A stretch of DNA of 64,000 bases, taken from Eledone cirrhosa. Lineage: Eukaryota. Below, piece after piece: positions 56,501 through 64,000 of this stretch (its first letter is position 1; each line of letters begins with the position of its first letter). The notes under the pieces were generated by a model, which was given only the letters and a program-made list of their open reading frames with translations, was not told the DNA's origin and searched no databases. The DNA is taken from contig OZ024743.1 in the NCBI GenBank assembly GCA_964016885.1, forward strand, positions 297,476,001 to 297,540,000. The letters run 5' to 3'. Made by a program: the position numbers and the translations under genes.

Positions 56501-59500
56501 AGTTAGGAGAGGAGATACCAGTGACGTATGTAAGAGTTGGGAGAGGAGATACCAGTGACATATGTAAGAGTTAGGAGAGGAGATACCAGTGACGTATGTA
56601 GGAGCTAGGGGAGGAGATACCAGTGACGTATGTCAGAGTTAGGAGAGGAGATACCAGTGACGTATGTAAGAGTTAGGAAGAAGATATCAGTGACGTATGT
56701 AAGTGTTAGGAGAGGAGATACCAGTGACGTTTGTAAGAGTTAGGAGAGGACATACCAGTGACGTATGTAAGAGTTAGGAGAGGAGATACCAGTGACGTAT
56801 GTAAGAGTTAGGAGAGGAGATATCAGTGACGTATGTCAGAGTTAGGAGTGGAGATACCAGTGACGTATGTAAGAGTTAGGAGAGGAGATATCAGTGACGT
56901 ATGTAAGAGTTAGGAGAGGAGATACCAGTGACGTATGTAAGAGTTAGGAGAGGAGATATCAGTGACGTATGTAAGTGTTACGAGAGGAGATACCAGTGAC
57001 GTTTGTAAGAGTTAGGAGAGGACATACCAGTGACGTATGTAAGAGTTAGGAGAGGAGATACCAGTGACGTATGTAAGAGTTAGGAGAGGAGATATCAATG
57101 ACGTATGTCAGAGTTAGGAGAGGAGATATCAGTGACGTATGTCAGAGTTAGGAGAGGAGATACCAGTGACGTATGTCAGAGTTAGGAGTGGAGATACCAG
57201 TGACGTTTGTAAGAGTTAGGAGAGGGGATACCATTGACGTATGTAAGTGTTAGGAGAGGAGATATCAGTGACGTATGTCAGAGTTAGGAGTGGAGATACC
57301 AGTGACGTATGTAAGAGTTAGGAGAGGAGATATCAGTGACGTATGTCAGAGTTAGGAGAGGAGATACCAGTGACGTATGTAAGTGTTAGAAGAGTAGATA
57401 CCAGTGACGTATGTAAGAGTTAGGAGAGGAGATACCAGTGACGTATGTAAGAGTTAGGAGAGGAGATATCAATGACGTATGTAAGGGTTAGGAAGGAGAT
57501 ATCAGTGACGTATGTCAGAGTTAGGAGAGAAGATACCAGTGACGTATGTAAGAGTCAGGAGAGGAGATACCAGTGACGTATGTAAGAGTTAGGAGAGGAG
57601 ATACCAGTGACGTATGTAAGAGTTAGGAGAGGAGATACCAGTGACGTATGTAAGTGTTAGGAGAGGAGATATCAGTGACGTATGTCAGAGGTAGGAGAGA
57701 AGATACCAGTGACGTATGTCAGAGTTAGGAGAGGAGATACCAGTGACGTATGTAAGAGTTAGGAGAGGAGATACCAGTGACGTATGTAAGTGTTAGGAGA
57801 GGAGATACCAGTGACGTATGTAAGAGTTAGGAGAGGAGATATCAGTGACGTATGTAAGTGTTACGAGAGGAGATACCAGTGACGTATGTAAGAGTTAGGA
57901 GAGGAGATACCAGTGACGTATGTAAGTGTTACGAGAGGAGATACCAGTGACATATGTAAGAGTTAGGAGAGGAGATACCAGTGACGTATGTAAGAGCTAG
58001 GGGGGGAGATACCAGTGACGTATGTAAGAGTTAGGGAGGAGATACCAGTGACGTATGTAAGAGTTAGGAGAGGAGATACCAGTGACGTATGTCAGAGTTA
58101 GGAGAGGAGATACCAGTGACGTATGTAAGAGTTAGGAAGAAGATATTAGTGACGTATGTAAGTGTTAGGAGAGGAGATACCAGTGACGTCTGTAAGAGTT
58201 AGGAGAGGACATACCAGTGACGTATGTAAGAGTTAGGAGAGGAGATACCAGTGACGTATGTAAGAGTTAGTAGAGGAGATACCAGTGACGTTTGTAAGAG
58301 TTAGGAGAGGAGATACCTGTGACGTTTGTAAGAGTTAGGAGAGGAGATACCAGTGACGTATGTAAGTGTTAGGAGAGGAGATATCAGTGACGTATGTCAG
58401 AGATAGGAGAGCAGATACCAGTGACGTTTGTAAGAGTTAGGAGAGGACATACCAGTGACGTATGTAAGAGTTAGGAGAGGAGATACCAGTGACGTATGTA
58501 AGAGTTAGGAGAGGAGATACCAGTGCCGTTTGTAAGAGTTAGGATAGGAGATACCTGTGACGTTTGTAAGAGTTAGGAGAGGGGATACCATTGACGTATG
58601 TAAGTGTTAGGAGAGGAGATATCAGTGACGTATGTCAGAGTTAGGAGAGGAGATACCAGTGACGTATGTAAGTCTTAGGAGAGGAGATATCAGTGACGTA
58701 TGTCAGAGATAGGAGAGCAGATACCAGTGACGTTTGTAAGAGTTAGGAGAGGACATACCAGTGACGTATGTAAGAGTTAGGAGAGGAGATACCAGTGACG
58801 TATGTAAGAGTTAGGAGAGGAGATACCAGTGCCGTTTGTAAGAGTTAGGATAGGAGATACCTGTGACGTTTGTAAGAGTTAGGAGAGGGGATACCATTGA
58901 CCTATGTAAGTGTTAGGAGAGGAGATATCAGTGACGTATGTAAGAGTTAGGAGAGGAGATATCAGTGACGTATGTCAGAGTTAGGAGAGGAGATACCAGT
59001 GACGTATGTAAGTGTTAGAAGAGGAGATACCAGTGACGTATGTAAGAGTTAGGAGAGGAGATACCAGTGACGTATGTAAGAGTTAGGAGAGGAGATATCA
59101 ATGACGTATGTAAGAGTTAGGAAGGAGATATCAGTGACGTATGTCAGAGTTAGGAGAGAAGATACGAGTGACGTATGTAAGAGTTAGTAGAGGAGATACT
59201 AGTGACGTATGTCAGAGTTAGGAGAGGAGATACCAGTGACGTATGTAAGAGTTAGGAGAGGAGATACCAGTGACGTATGTAAGTGTTAGGAGAGGAGATA
59301 TCAGTGACGTATGGCAGAGGTAGGAGAGGAGATACCAGTGACGTATGTCAGAGTTAGGAGAGGAGATACCAGTGACGTATGTAAGAGTTAGGAGAGGAGA
59401 TACCAGTGACGTATGTAAGAGTTAGGAGAGGAGATATCAGTGACGTATGTAAGTGTTACGAGATGAGATACCAGTGACGTATGTAAGAGTTAGGAGAGGA

Positions 59501-62500
59501 GATACCAGTGACGTATGTAAGAGTTAGGAGAGGAGATGTCAGTGACGTATGTAAGAGTTACGAGAGGAGATACCAGTGACGTATGTAAGAGTTAGGAGAG
59601 GAGATACCAGTGACGTATGTAAGAGTTAGGAGAGGAGATACCAGTGACGTATGTAAGAGTTAGGAGAGGAGATATCAGTGACGTATGTAAGTGTTACGAG
59701 AGGAGATACCAGTGACGTATGTAAGAGTTAGGAGAGGAGATACCAGTGACGTATGTAAGTGTTACGAGAGGAGATACCAGTGACGTATGTAAGAGTTAGG
59801 AGAGGAGATACCAGTGACGTATGTAAGAGTTAGGAGAGGAGATATCAGTGACGTATGTAAGTGTTACGAGAGGAGATACCAGTGACGTATGTAAGAGTTA
59901 GGAGAGGAGATACCAGTGACGTATGTAAGTGTTACGAGTGGAGATACCAGTGGCATATGTAAGAGTTAGGAGAGGAGATACCAGTGACGTATGTAAGAGC
60001 TAGGGGAGGAGATACCAGTGACGTATGTAAGAGTTAGGAGAGGAGATACCAGTGACGTATGTAAGAGTTAGGAGAGGTGATACCAGTGACGTATGTAAGA
60101 GTTAGGAGAGGAGATACCAGTGACGTATGTAAGAGTTAGGAAGAAGATATCAGTGACGTATGTAAGTGTTAGGAGAGGAGATACCAGTGACGTTTGTAAG
60201 AGTTAGGAGAGGACATACCAGTGACGTATGTAAGAGTTAGGAGAGGAGATACCAGTGACGTATGTAAGAGTTAGTAGAGGAGATACCAGTGACGTTTGTA
60301 AGAGTTAGGAGAGGAGATACCTGTGACGTTTGTAAGAGTTAGGAGAGGAGATACCAGTGACGTATGTAAGTGGTAGGAGAGGAGATATCAGTGACGTATG
60401 TAAGAGTTAGGAGAGGAGATACCAGTGACGTATGTAAGAGTTAGTAGAGGAGATACCAGTGACGTTTGTAAGAGTTAGGAGAGGAGATACCTGTGACGTT
60501 TGTAAGAGTTAGGAGAGGACATACCAGTGACGTATGTAAGAGTTAGGAGAGGAGATACCAGTGACGTATGTAAGAGTTAGGAGAGGAGATACCAGTGACG
60601 TATGTAAGAGTTAGGAGAGGAGATATCAGTGACGTATGTCAGAGTTAGGAGAGGAGATACCAGTGACGTTTGTAAGAGTTAGGAGAGGACATACCAGTGA
60701 CGTATGTAAGAGTTAGGACAGGAGATACCAGTGACGTATGTAAGAGTTAGGAGAGGAGATATCAATGACGTATGTAAGAGTTAGGAGAGGAGATACCAGT
60801 GACGTATGTCAGAGTTAGGAGAGGAGATACCAGTGACGTTTGTAAGAGTTAGGATAGGAGATACCTGTGACGTTTGTAAGAGTTAGGAGAGGAGATATCA
60901 GTGACGTATGTCAGAGTTAGGAGTGGAGATACCAGTGACGTATGTAAGAGTTAGGAGAGGAGATATCAGTGACGTAAGTCAGAGTTAGGAGAGGAGATAC
61001 CAGTGACGTATGTAAGTGTTAGAAGAGGAGATACCAGTGACGTATGTAAGAGTTAGGAGAGGAGATACCAGTGACGTATGTAAGAGTTAGGAGAGGAGAT
61101 ATCAATGACGTATGTAAGAGTTAGGAAGGAGATATCAGTGACGTATGTCAGAGTTAGGAGAGAAGATACCAGTGACGTATGTAAGAGTTAGTAGAGGAGA
61201 TACTAGTGACGTATGTCAGAGTTAGGAGAGGAGATACCAGTGACGTATGTAAGAGTTAGGAGAGGAGATACCAGTGACGTATGTAAGTGATAGCAGAGGA
61301 GATATCAGTGACGTATGTCAGAGGTAGGAGAGGAGATACCAGTGACGTATGTCAGAGTTAGGAGAGGAGATACCAGTGACGTATGTAAGAGTTAGGAGAG
61401 GAGATACCAGTGACGTATGTAAGAGTTAGGAGAGGAGATACCAGTGACGTATGTAAGAGTTAGGAGAGGAGATATCAGTGACGTATGTAAGTGTTACGAG
61501 AGGAGATACCAGTGACGTATGTAAGAGTTAGGAGAGGAGATACCAGTGACGTATGTAAGTGTTACGAGAGGAGATACCAGTGACGTATGTAAGAGTTAGG
61601 AGAGGAGATACCAGTGACGTATGTAAGAGCTAGGGGACGAGATACCAGTGACGTATGTAAGAGTTAGGAGAGGAGAAACCAGTGACGTATGTAAGAGTTA
61701 GGAGATGAGATACCAGTGACGTATGTAAGAGTTAGTAGAGGAGATACTAGTGACGTATGTCAGAGTTAGGAGAGGAGATACCAGTGACGTATGTAACAGT
61801 TAGGAGAGGAGATACCAGTGACGTATGTAAGTGTTAGGAGAGGAGATATCAGTGACGTATGTCAGAGTTAGGAGAGGAGATACCAGTGACGTATGTAAGA
61901 GTTAGGAGAGGAGATACCAGTGACGTATGTAAGAGTTAGGAGAGGAGATATCAGTGACGTATGTAAGTGTTACGAGATGAGATACCAGTGACGTATGTAA
62001 GAGTTAGGAGAGGAGATACCAGTGACGTATGTAAGAGTTAGGAGAGGAGATGTCAGTGACGTATGTAAGAGTTACGAGAGGAGATACCAGTGACGTATGT
62101 AAGAGTTAGGAGAGGAGATACCAGTGACGTATGTAAGAGTTAGGAGAGGAGATACCAGTGACGTATGTAAGAGTTAGGAGAGGAGATATCAGTGACGTAT
62201 GTAAGGGTTACGAGAGGAGATACCAGTGACGTATGTAAGAGTTAGGAGAGGAGATACCAGTGACGTATGTAAGTGTTACGAGAGGAGATACCAGTGACGT
62301 ATGTAAGAGTTAGGAGAGGAGATACCAGTGACGTATGTAAGAGTTAGGAGAGGAGATATCAGTGACGTATGTAAGTGTTACGAGAGGAGATACCAGTGAC
62401 GTATGTAAGAGTTAGGAGAGGAGATACCAGTGACGTATGTAAGTGTTACGAGAGGAGATACCAGTGACATATGTAAGAGTTAGGAGAGGAGATACCAGTG

Positions 62501-64000
62501 ACGTATGTAAGAGCTAGGGGAGGAGATACCAGTGACGTATGTAAGAGTTAGGAGAGGAGATACCAGTGACGTATGTAAGAGTTAGGAGAGGAGATACCAG
62601 TGACGTATGTCAGAGTTAGGAGAGGAGATACCAGTGACGTATGTAAGAGTTAGGAAGAAGATATCAGTGACGTATGTAAGTGTTAGGAGAGGAGATACCA
62701 GTGACGTTTGTAAGAGTTAGGAGAGGACATACCAGTGACGTATGTAAGAGTTAGGAGAGGAGATACCAGTGACGTATGTAAGAGTTAGTAGAGGAGATAC
62801 CAGTGACGTTTGTAAGAGTTAGGAGAGGAGATACCTGTGACGTTTGTAAGAGTTAGGAGAGGAGATACCAGTGACGTATGTAAGTGGTAGGAGAGGAGAT
62901 ATCAGTGACGTATGTAAGAGTTAGGAGAGGAGATACCAGTGACGTATGTAAGAGTTAGTAGAGGAGATACCAGTGACGTTTGTAAGAGTTAGGAGAGGAG
63001 ATACCTGTGACGTTTGTAAGAGTTAGGAGAGGACATACCAGTGACGTATGTAAGAGTTAGGAGAGGAGATACCAGTGACGTATGTAAGAGTTAGGAGAGG
63101 AGATACCAGTGACGTATGTAAGAGTTAGGAGAGGAGATATCAGTGACGTATGTCAGAGTTAGGAGAGGAGATACCAGTGACGTATGTAAGTGTTAGAAGA
63201 GGAGATACCAGTGACGTATGTAAGAGTTAGGAGAGGAGATACCAGTGACGTATGTAAGAGTTAGGAGAGGAGATATCAATGACGTATGTAAGAGTTAGGA
63301 AGGAGATATCAGTGACGTATGTCAGAGTTAGGAGAGAAGATACCAGTGACGTATGTAAGAGTCAGGAGAGGAGATACCAGTGACGTATGTAAGAGTTAGG
63401 AGAGGAGATACCAGTGACGTATGTAAGAGTTAGGAGAGGAGATACCAGTGACGTATGTAAGTGTTAGGAGAGGAGATATCAGTGACGTATGTCAGAGGTA
63501 GGAGAGAAGATACCAGTGACGTATGTCAGAGTTAGGAGAGGAGATACCAGTGACGTATGTAAGAGTTAGGAGAGGAGATACCAGTGACGTATGTAAGTGT
63601 TAGGAGAGGAGATACCAGTGACGTATGTAAGAGTTAGGAGAGGAGATATCAGTGACGTATGTAAGTGTTACGAGAGGAGATACCAGTGACGTATGTAAGA
63701 GTTAGGAGAGGAGATACCAGTGACGTATGTAAGTGTTACGAGAGGAGATACCAGTGACATATGTAAGAGTTAGGAGAGGAGATACCAGTGACGTATGTAA
63801 GAGCTAGGGGGGGAGATACCAGTGACGTATGTAAGAGTTAGGGAGGAGATACCAGTGACGTATGTAAGAGTTAGGAGAGGAGATACCAGTGACGTATGTC
63901 AGAGTTAGGAGAGGAGATACCAGTGACGTATGTAAGAGTTAGGAAGAAGATATTAGTGACGTATGTAAGTGTTAGGAGAGGAGATACCAGTGACCTTTGT
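53600..64000. repeat. Second copy of a >=10-kb segment (first copy ~35,200-46,000), offset ~18.17 kb
   Basis: Variants recur at offset 18167: GAGCCAAGGG 38234/56401, GTTGGGAG 38371/56538, GAGAAACC 38113/56280, G7 monomer 39830/57997, GATACG 40999/59166, GTGGCAT 41787/59954. The offset is 18171 upstream of a 4-bp deletion near 56260. Confidence 0.9.

Larger units (their letters stand above)
1..64000. repeat. 34-bp tandem satellite/minisatellite array, about 1,880 copies, consensus CCAGTGACGTATGTAAGAGTTAGGAGAGGAGATA, single orientation, truncated at both window ends
   Basis: CAGTGACG recurs every 34 nt (e.g. 131 and 165) throughout the window. Most monomers differ from consensus at 0-3 sites, and some are 33 bp (TTAGGAAGGAG, TTAGGAAGAAG, TTAGGGAGGAG). 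I saw no interrupting unique sequence and no reverse-complement monomer. Confidence 0.99.

Noticed and set aside
1-64000. CRISPR array (34-bp periodicity is CRISPR-like in scale)
   Set aside because: Monomers abut directly with no unique spacers; the variable part differs only by a few recurrent substitutions. There is no leader and no cas gene.
1-64000. Repetitive protein-coding ORF
   Set aside because: 34 is not a multiple of 3. The + strand has TGA, TAA and TAG in each monomer. The - strand has one TAA per monomer, which closes each frame every 3 monomers (consensus LLHTSLVSPLLTLTYVTGISSPNSYIRHWYLLS*, no ATG). Even with TAA reassigned, frequent TGA-creating variants and 1-bp deletions argue against coding.
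1-64000. Shine-Dalgarno-like AGGAG upstream of GTG/ATG in every monomer
   Set aside because: The ATG is followed immediately by TAA (ATGTAA), and the GTG frame also closes within about one monomer. There is no prokaryotic gene context, so this is a by-product of the purine tract.
1-64000. Monomer derived from two ancestral half-units (AGTGACG vs AGTTAGG/AGTTACG)
   Set aside because: The similarity covers only 5-6 of 7 nt and the halves are unequal (15 vs 19 nt), which is too weak to support.
1-64000. Rolling-circle or concatemer library artefact, or synthetic construct
   Set aside because: Hierarchically shared variants at many different periods and region-restricted alleles indicate an evolutionary history rather than copying of one template. 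Exact copy number could still be mis-assembled.
1-64000. Variant order as an information-bearing code
   Set aside because: The recurring patterns are adequately explained by nested duplication and deletion. Nothing in the sequence indicates a readout mechanism.

Overview
The whole 64,000-bp window is one uninterrupted, head-to-tail tandem array of a 34-bp monomer. The consensus is CCAGTGACGTATGTAAGAGTTAGGAGAGGAGATA (12 A, 12 G, 7 T, 3 C; 44% GC; 71% purine on the + strand), with about 1,880 copies. The array runs off both ends of the window. I saw no unique sequence, inversion, gene, RNA gene, mobile element or CRISPR spacer. The information lies in the order of variant monomers. Recurrent substitutions and 1-bp deletions mark nested higher-order repeats with periods of about 0.3, 0.9, 1.8, 2.1, 2.75-3.2, 5-6 and 18.2 kb, and the period grows from left to right. 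This looks like a eukaryotic satellite or minisatellite expanded by serial segmental duplication; the organism cannot be identified from the sequence. Nearly every monomer contains TTAGG and TGACGT, and several common variants perfect short palindromes. These are leads, not demonstrated functions. I found no supportable novel gene-based system. All offsets were read by eye from marker variants, and block boundaries are approximate.
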